Source: Felis catus (taxonomy: Eukaryota). Taken from it: a stretch of DNA of 64,000 bases. Position numbers and translations under genes: made by a program. The DNA lies in NCBI RefSeq assembly GCF_018350175.1, contig NC_058368.1:126978001-127042000 (forward strand), written 5' to 3'. Below are positions 63,933 through 64,000 of this stretch, in pieces (position 1 is the first letter of the stretch; every line of letters starts with the position of its first letter). The notes beneath the pieces were generated by a model. It ran no database searches. It was not told the DNA's origin and worked only from the letters and a program-made list of their open reading frames with translations.

Positions 63933-64000
63933 GGGGAACCTGGGTGGCTCAGTCAGTTAGGCGTCTGACTCTTGATTTTGGCTCTAGTCATGATCTCACA
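63933..64000 (+). mobile_element. Can-SINE 5' part, cut by the window edge
   Basis: ggggaacctgggtggctcagtcagttaggcgtctgact. Confidence 0.92.

Noticed and set aside
1..64000. Most ORFs in the six-frame track as host genes
   Set aside because: They are short, often start at non-ATG codons, and many translate Can-SINEs or microsatellites (SLSLSL, ERERER, CVCVCV, LPSFLPSF). None resembles a protein I recognise except L1 ORF2p.
1..64000. CRISPR arrays, functional tRNA/rRNA genes, known miRNA hairpins, prokaryotic-type systems
   Set aside because: No repeat-spacer arrays. tRNA-like A/B boxes belong to SINE heads. I saw no mature sequence of the conserved miRNAs I checked by eye, and the sequence is clearly mammalian.

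Overview
Mammalian nuclear DNA, most likely a felid or other feliform carnivore. The assignment rests on about 22 tRNA-derived Can-SINEs, many carrying the feliform AGCTCAGAGCCTGGAGCCTG segment, and a young L1 with a cat-type 3' UTR. The window is AT-rich, CpG-poor and dense in repeats: Can-SINE, L1, L2, MIR, hAT MITEs, MaLR LTRs and microsatellites. I recognise no host protein-coding exon. The only real protein homology is LINE-1 ORF2p, including an uninterrupted ~280-codon C-terminal fragment in a young 5'-truncated L1. A degenerate U6 snRNA retrocopy lies at 54631-54720 (-). The most interesting non-repeat signal is a set of minus-strand splice signals: 19-nt and 22-nt microexon candidates, ~101-107-nt ATG-free exon candidates and several strong donors. 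A repeat-free, CRE-containing promoter-like region lies at ~22.1-22.3 kb. Together these suggest the multi-exon 5' untranslated region, possibly with alternative promoters, of a large minus-strand gene or lncRNA that I cannot name. I see no convincing novel biological system. Repeat family names and old-repeat boundaries are by eye and approximate.
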